From: an uncultured virus (IMG/VR IMGVR_UViG_3300044557_000566)
Taxonomy: Duplodnaviria > Heunggongvirae > Uroviricota > Caudoviricetes
Virus record (IMG/VR): IMGVR_UViG_3300044557_000566
Length of the DNA stretch: 64,000 nucleotides
Strand: one strand, 5' to 3'
Made by a program: the position numbers and the translations under genes. Below are positions 37,761 to 47,166 of this stretch, one piece after another. Numbering within the stretch: the stretch's first letter is position 1; each line of letters begins with the position of its first letter. The notes below the pieces were generated by a model. That model made no database searches. It was not told the DNA's origin and saw only the letters and a program-made list of their open reading frames with translations.

Positions 37761-37788
37761 ATTATATCACGGTTCTATCATCATGCAA
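37761..37788 (-). promoter_or_regulatory. Promoter for the tandem RNA
   Basis: TTGCAT-16 nt-TATAAT, shares ACCGTGATATA with the tRNA-array promoters. Confidence 0.6.
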
Positions 37789-37812
37789 CCTAGTGATCAA
37801 TTCTCTTGATTC

Positions 37813-39075
37813 TTATCGTACAGTATCCAGGATCTTTACAGCCCTAGCATTAAAGTCCACGCTTCCAATAAAGTAATCATATGCTCGCTCCCTGAACTGG
37901 TCATAATAATCATCGCTTGACAAGAGCGCACGGTACTTCTCCGAGAAGTCATCCCACTGGGAGTCATCAGCCCATAGCGAATCATCATCAGTTGACGGCA
38001 ATGCTAGCATACCGAACTCGGATAAATCGCGATCAGGCATGAGGGTGCCCCTGTACATGGATGGAACGGCTAGTACGGTGCCATTCTGGATGATTTCCAG
38101 TGTGACGTATTCTGGTAAAAGATTCATTTTTGGATCTAGGAATGACGTGTACATGCCTACGAAAGACTCACTGATGAGGCGTTCTCCCACTTTGGGATCA
38201 TATAGTCCATAAATCTGGGCCTTATCCTCCAAGGTGTTGGAGAAATGGATGTCAGTCTTATTCTTCTTATGATACTCGAGGAATGGCTTGAAGACTTTTG
38301 GCTTGAGGCTTACCGTGAGTTTTGATACCGTGCCTATACTAGGCATGAGGCCATTCATACAGAGGTTAATGTCAATATGATGGTTAGCGCATCTCTGCTT
38401 GAAATCTAGCCATTGAATCCATCCCTTCCATGCCGGCGTTCTTCCCTGCCAGTAGAATTGCATTCTATACTTATCTTCCGGGGATCGCCAGTTCTTCCTG
38501 CTCTTGTCGAACAGGGTGTTATGCTGCATGTAATGGACCTTGTTGAGGAATTCCTTACTTTCCGTTCCATTGAGACTAGAATTGATGACCTTAACGATCT
38601 CGTCCCCGGTACCGAAGGTGATGAAGCTATCCAAATGTTTGAAGATACTGTTATCAAGCTTGACTCCAAGCTTCTCTGACTGCGCTATCCTGTGGCCAAC
38701 ATTAATATAGATCAGCTTACCGTTATTCTTCTTGTCAAGGATAAGATCTGTCTGCCGTCTTATGGGCTTCATGGCCTCTAGTTTATACGAGTCGTCCCCC
38801 TTATTCCAATTCTTAAGGGTGGGCCAGTTAAGGTTAAAGATCACGGTCATCTCTGCTTGACGGAAATGGAAGTCTTCATCCATGAGGTCAAAGAACGCAT
38901 CATTACTCCTCGGTTCTTCCTTCCTCGACATGCCCTTGGAAAACGTGTTCGTGTTCAAATAGACCTTCACGTCATAACCCAGACTCGCGATGATGGACTC
39001 AAAGTTCCGTAAAGCGTTGTCTAGTCCTCCATACGTGTTTCCAATCATGTTGATGATATTGATTCTTATCGCCAA
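37813..39075 (-). CDS. T4 DNA alpha-glucosyltransferase-like protein
   Basis: WQGRTPAWKGWIQWLDF, EYVTLE...GT, YDQFRERAYDY match recalled T4 Agt motifs (WIGRTTTWKG, EYTHLE, YDREREKAYEF). Confidence 0.75.
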   Translation of the reverse strand: MAIRINIINMIGNTYGGLDNALRNFESIIASLGYDVKVYLNTNTFSKGMSRKEEPRSNDAFFDLMDEDFHFRQAEMTVIFNLNWPTLKNWNKGDDSYKLEAMKPIRRQTDLILDKKNNGKLIYINVGHRIAQSEKLGVKLDNSIFKHLDSFITFGTGDEIVKVINSSLNGTESKEFLNKVHYMQHNTLFDKSRKNWRSPEDKYRMQFYWQGRTPAWKGWIQWLDFKQRCANHHIDINLCMNGLMPSIGTVSKLTVSLKPKVFKPFLEYHKKNKTDIHFSNTLEDKAQIYGLYDPKVGERLISESFVGMYTSFLDPKMNLLPEYVTLEIIQNGTVLAVPSMYRGTLMPDRDLSEFGMLALPSTDDDSLWADDSQWDDFSEKYRALLSSDDYYDQFRERAYDYFIGSVDFNARAVKILDTVR

Positions 39076-39188
39076 TGGTAATCTCCTCGCCCGCTGCTTC
39101 TGCTTTCCTTAACTTTAAATCTTACCATAAGACCTTGAGCGTTTTGTGATATCAAGATCGATTCCCCCCCCCATTACAGTACTCCAGG

Positions 39189-40190
39189 CTACTCATCAAG
39201 AATCTTTGAAAAGTCATCCAGTACAGTGTCAGCGTACTCCGTACCATTCTTGACTCGGTCTATAAGGTCTGTGTTAATCCTATCGTCAAAAGTACTGTTG
39301 TCAGGGGATAGGGTTAACGATTCGTAATACCTCTTGGTGAGTAGGTACTCTCCCTTAATTGGCTCGTAGGGGACGAGAAGTTCGGCAGCATTGCGGGCGA
39401 ACCAAGCCCACGAGTTGGGATCGCTCCAATTATTCTTCTTCACATCAGTGCTGAAATCCCTCACGTTGGGGAATACCTTCTTAATATTGCCGAATACCCC
39501 ATCTTCAGGGGATTTTCCTAGATGCATTCTTTGTAATGATTCCTTGAGTACTGGCTTATTAGCTCCATAATAGAACCTGTTGACCGTGGGTTGAGAAGAG
39601 TCAAAGATAGTTTGCCGCCCCGGATATTCTTCGCCAATACCGGCCATTTCGTCTGGAAGAAAGTATGAGAAGAATGATAACCAGGGGCACGTTGTGAAGA
39701 CGCTGTCCTTGTGAAGATGCTTCATGAACTTCTTGTTGATGTAACCCATAGATTCTTTATCGTTAAGCACACTGCGATCAAATGCGCCTATAACCTTCAC
39801 TGGCCTCATGTCATATACGGACGCTCGGCTCTTAAGATCATCTTTATTCCAAACATGAGTATCAATGGTGAAGGTGAGCTCATCGTAGGGGAGGCATATC
39901 GCGTACGGTTTAGCGTTATTGAAAATGTACGTGAGTGTATCTTTAACGTGCCCGAATGAAGCGTAAAGAGCGCTGCCGAACCACGGTAGGATGATGGAAT
40001 CATAATCACCTATAGGCCAATTGCTCACATTACCATCAAGATCTTTTAATTCTACGCTATCAACTCTTCCGGGTATTCTACGCAATCCCTGTAAGAGCGC
40101 CTTCTGATCCCCTCTGGTAGTTGCCGTTCCATGAAAAACGATCAGGGTCTTCCTACTTGAATGATCGTCTTTATTGTTCTTGGTCACCAT
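39189..40190 (-). CDS. T4 DNA beta-glucosyltransferase-like protein
   Basis: VDSVELK, DYDSII, PVKVI, VFGN, LTKRYYESL, LIDRV are collinear with recalled T4 Bgt motifs. Confidence 0.6.
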   Translation of the reverse strand: MVTKNNKDDHSSRKTLIVFHGTATTRGDQKALLQGLRRIPGRVDSVELKDLDGNVSNWPIGDYDSIILPWFGSALYASFGHVKDTLTYIFNNAKPYAICLPYDELTFTIDTHVWNKDDLKSRASVYDMRPVKVIGAFDRSVLNDKESMGYINKKFMKHLHKDSVFTTCPWLSFFSYFLPDEMAGIGEEYPGRQTIFDSSQPTVNRFYYGANKPVLKESLQRMHLGKSPEDGVFGNIKKVFPNVRDFSTDVKKNNWSDPNSWAWFARNAAELLVPYEPIKGEYLLTKRYYESLTLSPDNSTFDDRINTDLIDRVKNGTEYADTVLDDFSKILDE

Positions 40191-40334
40191 ATGGCAAGCG
40201 CTCCTAATCTACGGGGTATCGTTCAATCATTACATTAACCTATGATATAGTACCTTTTACTGATCGATAGGGGATGCAGGCTATGAGGTCCTAGCATTTA
40301 TAGGTTAAAGTAAAAACAACTTAGAATCTTCCCG

Positions 40335-40724
40335 TCAGTCACGGAGTTCTCTTCCATAACCATCACGATGCCATTCAGATCCAGGCGTGCTCGTCAAGAT
40401 GAAGACGCCCTCGACTATACCCCACAGGTTGACCGCTGGGGCTAGTGCGCCGAATGAGAGCAGCGATATGAGCAGTTGGGTCAACGCTCTACTATTCCTC
40501 CCCAGATAGAAGTTATGGACTCCAAGCGCGCCAAGGAAGATAGCCAGTACTCCCGCAGCAGCTTTAGACTTCAATGGAGGCATATCGTTCCCATCCTGTT
40601 GGCCATCAGGACCAATAATGGGCTCAGAGTTCAGACCATAACCACTCCGCCCAATTCCATTGATCTTGTCAGCACTAGACGGATCGTCATAATGGACATT
40701 CTCATAACCAGTTTCATCACCCAT
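40335..40724 (-). CDS. TM2-domain membrane protein
   Basis: KSKAAAGVLAIFLGALGVHNFYLG. Confidence 0.9.
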   Translation of the reverse strand: MGDETGYENVHYDDPSSADKINGIGRSGYGLNSEPIIGPDGQQDGNDMPPLKSKAAAGVLAIFLGALGVHNFYLGRNSRALTQLLISLLSFGALAPAVNLWGIVEGVFILTSTPGSEWHRDGYGRELRD

Positions 40725-40886
40725 GTGCTCTTCTCCCGTTCACATCTTGGTTGTATTGTATCCAGTGGAAAGATATCGTTGGAACGACCTACCCATCAGC
40801 GTCTTTACGAACGGATACCTAACCCAGTTCGGTCAATGCGACCGGGTGGGAAATACGGAGCGGTGAATATCGTATGAATAACGACA

Positions 40887-41294
40887 TCAATCACTGTCAA
40901 ACACGATGGAAACAGAATCGTCATCATTCACGATAGAATGGAATGACATTCCCTCAGTGCTTACAAGACTGATAGCATCAGGCCACGCTGAATCATCACT
41001 AGCACCGTCGAACCATTCCATATTCCTCGCGACATGGACCACCCATCTGTCACCGATACTAACCTCACTATCATCAATGATCACCAGGTGGTCATCCACC
41101 ACGTAGAAGTGATGCTCGTCGAGTAGGTCTAACAACGGGTAATCAAGATCATCATCACTCCTATCAGCTCTTAACGCTACTAGAGTGTTCAACGTGTCAT
41201 CATCCGTACACGTCCATATCTTACCATTACGAGTCTTTAGATAAGACGGGTTACTAGCCCAGTTCCTCATCCCACTGAATTGCTCGATCTTCAT
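40887..41294 (-). CDS. Hypothetical protein
   Basis: 135-aa ORF. Confidence 0.55.
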   Translation of the reverse strand: MKIEQFSGMRNWASNPSYLKTRNGKIWTCTDDDTLNTLVALRADRSDDDLDYPLLDLLDEHHFYVVDDHLVIIDDSEVSIGDRWVVHVARNMEWFDGASDDSAWPDAISLVSTEGMSFHSIVNDDDSVSIVFDSD

Positions 41295-41360
41295 AGCTTG
41301 ACCACAGTCACGCGAATCATCATATGAATAAGATATTCATGGGCTTACTCATAATCATAG

Positions 41361-41981
41361 TTGATTACAGATCACGTCATAAGAATCATGATCATAGGTT
41401 GCGGTACCATGAATGCCATGAAAACTAGCAATGATCGCCTGGAGGAGGATCGCCCCGGAATGGCGATCATAATCATGAGGGTTCTGTTCGTGATCATTAT
41501 CTTATCGGTCATAGGTCTTCCCTTCATCCCAAATGGAGTTGATGGTGATTACACAGTGACCCCCATCAAGAATACCGGAGCGCTGTACTCTACACAGGAC
41601 ACGTCTCTGGGCGGTCCAATTCAACCCACCCCATCATGGAAGAAGGTTGATGATCAGACTGTCATCGTGCAGATGCAGACATGGAAGGACTGCACGCCAA
41701 CGCTTACCACTTCCTCTCACGCTAATGAGAATGAGATCCTCACGACGATTAAAGCGGAATATCCAGAATCATCTATACGATCATGTCTAAAGAAGGATGA
41801 CGTGAAGGAACAGAAGCTCACGTGGAGGCAGTGGAAGATCCATAGCAATCATACCGTGAGTACTGAAGATTCCCTGAAAAAGAGAATAGTCCACGTTGTT
41901 ATGAGGAATGGTCAGAATGGAGGACTGCACGAGGATACATTCGAGCTCATCGAGTACTCCACGTTCGGGAACAAGAAGTAA
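41361..41981 (+). CDS. Hypothetical exported protein (start uncertain)
   Basis: TM/signal segment; one of few plus-strand genes. Confidence 0.6.
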   Translation: MITDHVIRIMIIGCGTMNAMKTSNDRLEEDRPGMAIIIMRVLFVIIILSVIGLPFIPNGVDGDYTVTPIKNTGALYSTQDTSLGGPIQPTPSWKKVDDQTVIVQMQTWKDCTPTLTTSSHANENEILTTIKAEYPESSIRSCLKKDDVKEQKLTWRQWKIHSNHTVSTEDSLKKRIVHVVMRNGQNGGLHEDTFELIEYSTFGNKK

Positions 41982-42008
41982 CCGCTATCATCTATCTATT
42001 CTTTGACC

Positions 42009-43268
42009 TCAGTACTGCTCGATGGAAACAGAATCGCTCTTGTGGTCAATTCTAGCAATGCTGAGGAATCCGCCCTTGTCCACCCTCGTCTCCAGATTGA
42101 AGATCTTACTGAACTCCCTTGGGTCATGACGATGTTCGTTACGATGCCCGTGGAATTGTATAACATCGGTATTCGCATCTTCAACGATCTTGTCAATATC
42201 AATCTTGTAGTCATGAACCATTGGGCTCCCCCCGGTCCCGTACCACCAGGTCGACCCGCTCGTGAAGCCAATGTCATATGACCTGTAACCATCCAGCTCA
42301 TGGTGCTCAAGCATGGCTGGATGTACTCCCCCATGAGACGAGAAGTAGTGCTTACCATCATAATAGAATGGGAAGTAGTCAACAAGATGAGTATCAATCA
42401 ACCGCCCGTACCTCCGGAGGTTCTCTACTGAACCGTGAACATACTTAGAATCCCTTAGAATCTCCTCAATTGTCTTCCTCGTGGACAAAGAGTACGGCTC
42501 CCATACTTTAGATCCATAGTACTTAAAGTAACTGTCATGATTGCCCTTGATGAATACCCTGTTCGTATCATTGATATGATCAATGATCCAATCAAACATT
42601 GGCCCGGCTTCATCTTCAGGCCCACGATCCATAAGGTCACCACAGAACACGGTGAACTCACGAGGATTAATATTGTCTGCGCCAGATCTTACGAACGTGG
42701 AGTAGCAGCCCTGAATATCCCCAATCACCCTGACGTTCGAGTACTGGGAGAGCTCTGTCTCTTGAATCTTCCCTTGACCGCAGAACTCATCTACCGTCAT
42801 TGCTGACTCGCTCCTATTGACCTGAAATCTCCTCGTATCAGTCCAAGTCTTCTCCACCTCAGCGTCAGTCCAAGGTCTGTTCGCCCTGTGGGAACGCTCA
42901 ATAACCTCTTCCAGTGATTGTTCTCCCTGAACGTTGACGAACACGACCTCGTAATTGTACTCATGTGCGAGATTCAGGATAGGATTAATCTTCTTGCGCT
43001 TTGAGTTCGTCCAATCAAATATGATAGCATCCCCGGAACGCATCCTGCGCTCTATAATCTTGCAGGCGATGTCTAATGCTGTCCGTATGTTCTCGTTCGT
43101 AGAGTCACACCCGTAGGCGATCTTACCATTATGATAATACGGCCTGTTCGGATCGATGATTCTCAATATGGAGTCAACGGATACGGTCTGGTCCTCCAGA
43201 TGCTGTCTACGGATCAGGGTGGTCTTTCCTGACCCGTGCGCTCCCCGTATAATAAATATTTTACTCAT
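42009..43268 (-). CDS. Polynucleotide kinase + metallophosphoesterase (Pnkp-like)
   Basis: RGAHGSGKTT kinase; IGDIQG, GDLMDRG, GNHD, SHGG, HGH phosphatase. Confidence 0.85.
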   Translation of the reverse strand: MSKIFIIRGAHGSGKTTLIRRQHLEDQTVSVDSILRIIDPNRPYYHNGKIAYGCDSTNENIRTALDIACKIIERRMRSGDAIIFDWTNSKRKKINPILNLAHEYNYEVVFVNVQGEQSLEEVIERSHRANRPWTDAEVEKTWTDTRRFQVNRSESAMTVDEFCGQGKIQETELSQYSNVRVIGDIQGCYSTFVRSGADNINPREFTVFCGDLMDRGPEDEAGPMFDWIIDHINDTNRVFIKGNHDSYFKYYGSKVWEPYSLSTRKTIEEILRDSKYVHGSVENLRRYGRLIDTHLVDYFPFYYDGKHYFSSHGGVHPAMLEHHELDGYRSYDIGFTSGSTWWYGTGGSPMVHDYKIDIDKIVEDANTDVIQFHGHRNEHRHDPREFSKIFNLETRVDKGGFLSIARIDHKSDSVSIEQY

Positions 43269-43288
43269 AAGTCAATAGTAACAATAAG

Positions 43289-43378
43289 GGGTGAACACCG
43301 CAACGCGGGGAATACTCTTGAATGATCTCCCGTCACCAAGTTTGAATACAGGTTCAGACCCGCCTACACGGGGTTCAC
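43289..43378 (-). CRISPR. Degenerate mini-array (2 repeats, 35-nt spacer)
   Basis: GGGTGAACACCGCAACGCGGGGAATAC-35 nt-GGTTCAGACCCGCCTACACGGGGTTCAC. Confidence 0.65.
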
Positions 43379-43379
43379 C

Positions 43380-44468
43380 CTAACGCTTCCTTGAAACCCT
43401 TCCAGATGCGGGCTTCCTCCTCGCAGGATGATCTTTCTGATAATCATCCCATATTTCCTTAGCCCGATCAGGAGACAGCGCCCTGGGATCTTCCCCATCT
43501 GGAAGCGATATGAATACAGCACGACCACGCGGAGCATTCTTATGACCCAGCCACGCCCCCCTCTTCCCTATTCCAGTGAAGAACCCGTCACCGAGCTGTC
43601 GTGGTAGCTTCACCTCTGAGAACATCTGCTCAGCATCTTGAAGGGTCACCGTGTCCTCAGTGAGACCACCGTCCTTGGGAAGCGTCATGTTCACGGGCTT
43701 AGCGCTCTTCACTGGTGAACCATCCTTATGGATCCTCACGGCCTGCACGTAAGAGCCATACTTACCATTCCTAGCCGTCACCTGCCATCCAGCATACGGG
43801 CCGTCCTTCAGTATCCCCAGGACACGATTCACGGGCGATTTTGCCTCATCTAGTAGCTTCCTGCACGCGCCCGGCGTGAGGGCGTCTTCATCTGTTAGAA
43901 CGGAATCATCCAGCTTCACGCTCTTCACGTACCCAGAATCATTCTTCTCCCCCGAGGGGTCTTCAAGCCACGCGCCAGACCTGTTCACCCTGACCACGTA
44001 CCCGCCGTTGAGATGAACCTCCGACAGCGTGTTGATCTCATTCCAGTCAATATTCCTAGCGAGACCATTCACCCTGCCATCAATGCCGTCAGGAGCCTTC
44101 CACACGCCATCAAGGAAGTCATCCCTTGATAGCGATCCGTCACCGATCTTATCAAGATCTTCCTCCATGGATGCGGTGAACCCGTAGTCAACGTACCCCG
44201 GAATCTTATCCTCAAGAATCTGGGCGACCTTCATGCCCGTCCATGTCGGCGCCATCGCCCTTCCCTTCTTCTGCACGTACCCGCGCTTCTGATTCACGGT
44301 CACGAGGTTAGCATACGTTGACGGTCTACCAATACCAAGTTCTTCCAACTTGGCCACAAGTTGCGGCTCTGTGAACCTTGCCGGAGGTGTAGTCGTGTGC
44401 ATGGTCGAGGATGCTGTTGACAACTCACATTCCTCCCCAACCTTGAACTCATGCGTATTCCTTGCCAT
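43380..44468 (-). CDS. topA: Topoisomerase IA, C-terminal piece
   Basis: TTPPARFTE...LEELGIGRPSTYA...FTASMEEDLD; GKYGSYV repeats; own GGGAGG RBS. Confidence 0.85.
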   Translation of the reverse strand: MARNTHEFKVGEECELSTASSTMHTTTPPARFTEPQLVAKLEELGIGRPSTYANLVTVNQKRGYVQKKGRAMAPTWTGMKVAQILEDKIPGYVDYGFTASMEEDLDKIGDGSLSRDDFLDGVWKAPDGIDGRVNGLARNIDWNEINTLSEVHLNGGYVVRVNRSGAWLEDPSGEKNDSGYVKSVKLDDSVLTDEDALTPGACRKLLDEAKSPVNRVLGILKDGPYAGWQVTARNGKYGSYVQAVRIHKDGSPVKSAKPVNMTLPKDGGLTEDTVTLQDAEQMFSEVKLPRQLGDGFFTGIGKRGAWLGHKNAPRGRAVFISLPDGEDPRALSPDRAKEIWDDYQKDHPARRKPASGRVSRKR

Positions 44469-44486
44469 AATGACCTCCCTATTCTT

Positions 44487-45908
44487 TTATTCTTCACCGT
44501 CATCATACACGGACAGGAATCCCCTGTCATCTATCCTCGTACTACTCGTCGTGAACACGGCCTTACCGTCACTAGATGTAATCGTGATCTTTCGCGTGAT
44601 CCCCCTCGCAGGGTTCATCTGGCTAGCCACGGTCCTCCTGTACACGAGATCATAGACCTCACCAGCCTTAGCGTCATATGAGGAAGATGCCGTCAGCCCC
44701 CTGATCTTCGCTGGATCATAGAATATTCCCGTTGATTCCTCTACAACAGGACGGATGCACTCGTGACCCTCCTGAGCATTCTTAGACTTCGACTTGTATA
44801 TGATCGGCTTTGATGGCATCTGTCCACCGTACTGTTTACGGATAATACTCCTCGCCGCCCTCACGGCCTCATCTGCCATCGCTGGGCTGTCCGTCCTTGA
44901 GTATGTTTGATACGTGTGCTCGAAGAGCTGCTGGGCTATACTCATAGCCCTGCTGGCCGTGAGCCCAAGCATGGATCCAACATTCTGCTGGTATGATGAC
45001 GTGGTGTACGGGGTTGGAGGATTCCTCTTATAGGGCTTCTCCGTAATGTCAGTGATACTGTACTTTTTTGACTTCAGGTCTTTTAGGATCTTCTTCACAT
45101 TATCATCACTGAGGGTGAGCTTATCTGAGGATCCATCCTTCAGCATGCCGTCAGGACCGTAATCAGATCCCGATGCTATTCTACTCCCATCGTACTCCAC
45201 GAGGCTAGCCGTCAATTCGGCTTCCGTCCCCCTGTTAAAAACAGCCTCAATGGATCCATATGACGCCTTCACGAAGCCTAGGCGATCCTTCTCCCTGTTC
45301 ACGACGAGGCGCAGGGTGGGTGACTGCGCCCTGCCTCCAGACGTCCCAGACCCTACCGTCTTCCAAAGGTATGGGGAGATACTGAACCCGAAGAGACGAT
45401 CATAGACCTGCCGGGCCTCTGCCGACTCGGCCTTCCGCACGTCTATACTAGCATATGACTCCAGACCGGCAAGCACTGCCCGCTTCGTGATCTCATGCCA
45501 ACTCGCCCTGCGGACATCCATGCCAGACTTCTTGAGATCTGATTCTAGCGACTGCACGACCTCGTATCCAATGAGCTCTCCCGCCTCGTCCGGATCAGTA
45601 CTCACATAGAAATGCTTCCACCTGCCAGACCTGACCTCAGATCTGATCTCACCCCACTGCTTACGATTCTGAGGGTCATGATCTAGGAGACGCTCATAAC
45701 GCCCACTCCGCACGTCGATCGAGTAATCGCCGTACCGTTCACGCTCTTGACTAGTGCTCTTCTTCGGGTCCTTGAGCTCGAACATGAAACCCTTCGTGGC
45801 CATGATCTTCCACCCGCTGCCAAGGAACCCAGTGATCTCCCTGGCCTTGGTAGGCGACTCAACGATCATGAGGCCGCCGTCACGCTGAATGTCTTCTATG
45901 ATTGCCAT
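44487..45908 (-). CDS. topA: Topoisomerase IA, N-terminal piece
   Basis: IVESPTKA, TDPDEAGE TOPRIM, SGGRAQS, TYSRTDS (catalytic Tyr), AQEGHECIRP. Confidence 0.9.
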   Translation of the reverse strand: MAIIEDIQRDGGLMIVESPTKAREITGFLGSGWKIMATKGFMFELKDPKKSTSQERERYGDYSIDVRSGRYERLLDHDPQNRKQWGEIRSEVRSGRWKHFYVSTDPDEAGELIGYEVVQSLESDLKKSGMDVRRASWHEITKRAVLAGLESYASIDVRKAESAEARQVYDRLFGFSISPYLWKTVGSGTSGGRAQSPTLRLVVNREKDRLGFVKASYGSIEAVFNRGTEAELTASLVEYDGSRIASGSDYGPDGMLKDGSSDKLTLSDDNVKKILKDLKSKKYSITDITEKPYKRNPPTPYTTSSYQQNVGSMLGLTASRAMSIAQQLFEHTYQTYSRTDSPAMADEAVRAARSIIRKQYGGQMPSKPIIYKSKSKNAQEGHECIRPVVEESTGIFYDPAKIRGLTASSSYDAKAGEVYDLVYRRTVASQMNPARGITRKITITSSDGKAVFTTSSTRIDDRGFLSVYDDGEE

Positions 45909-45929
45909 TCAGATCATGGTACCAAATGC

Positions 45930-46769
45930 CTATCGGGTGGCAATAAGCCCCTTGGAGATGACGTTCCCATCAGCATCCACAAGATCACAGGACATCTGCA
46001 TAACGTAGGTGAGACCGTGCTCATGACTAATCCAATCACCGTCAACAATGGAGTCAATACGATCGAAATCAGACTCACTGATGACGCGTGGATCGTCAAT
46101 ACCGTCACCTATCTTGAGGAATGCGTAAAGATCATCGCGCACGACCTGCAGCCTAAGGTTAGACCAACCATGACGTTTACCATCGGACACGTTCCTGAAC
46201 TCGAACAGCATAGAATCATCGTCTAGAAGATCCTGCACGATGCGCACAAGAGCAGACAACTCTTCATCGCTGGTCTTAGAACCCACACTGATGCGGAACA
46301 GGGTCGGGTGATAGTTGATCCCCATTCCCTTCCCAACGGTCTGAACGTACTGCGCGCGATCACCACCGTACGCATTGTCCACGATGACCACATCTGTCCT
46401 CCTGATGTCAGAATCCTCAGGGTACGCTTTGACCTTAGCGTCACCGTTCAGAGTGAGGAGGGCCATGTCCACGAACTCCTCAAGGTACTTCCTGAGAATA
46501 GAATCACAACTCACGTTACTAAACTTGTAGACAGAATATGACCCCGTGTGGATAGCATCATAGAGTGAAGATGCGTTCTTCCGGGAATCCAGCGATTCCT
46601 TAATGACGCTGCGTGCTGATTCCAATCTGTGCAGGTTATGCTCGTAGTCCTCCTTGAGCGTACTGATAGCATTGTCAAGATTCTTGAGGTCTAGCAGATC
46701 CCTCGCATAGCCATTCTTCACCTTGTTCTCGGGTGTGGACACCTTGATGACAGCATTGAATTCTTTCAT
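45930..46769 (-). CDS. Hypothetical protein
   Basis: 279-aa ORF. Confidence 0.65.
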   Translation of the reverse strand: MKEFNAVIKVSTPENKVKNGYARDLLDLKNLDNAISTLKEDYEHNLHRLESARSVIKESLDSRKNASSLYDAIHTGSYSVYKFSNVSCDSILRKYLEEFVDMALLTLNGDAKVKAYPEDSDIRRTDVVIVDNAYGGDRAQYVQTVGKGMGINYHPTLFRISVGSKTSDEELSALVRIVQDLLDDDSMLFEFRNVSDGKRHGWSNLRLQVVRDDLYAFLKIGDGIDDPRVISESDFDRIDSIVDGDWISHEHGLTYVMQMSCDLVDADGNVISKGLIATR

Positions 46770-47166
46770 ATCATGCTAGCTTTCTACTATTTAAGGCGTT
46801 AGTCTTATTAATAACGTACAATCCCATTATAACACGAGATGATGACAATCCTGTTGTGAATCAACCATATGACGAGAATACAGCAATCAGATCTTCCCAT
46901 CATAAGCTACCCGGAGTTCCCTCCTCCCATCTACTCCAGTCAACCCCTCACGTTGACAGCAAGGAGGAATCCTGTCACATCGTCTTCTGATGACTACAAG
47001 ACGTTCCGGTCATGATCACGTATAAGCTCGTTCATCGCATTAGTACTCGCATGATGGAGTTCTGTCTCATTGCTAGCATCAATATCGGCAGCCCCAAAAT
47101 CAATGAACAGACACCTCACATCATCAATGGTCACCCTCTTATGATTGACGCTCAGCACAACACCCC

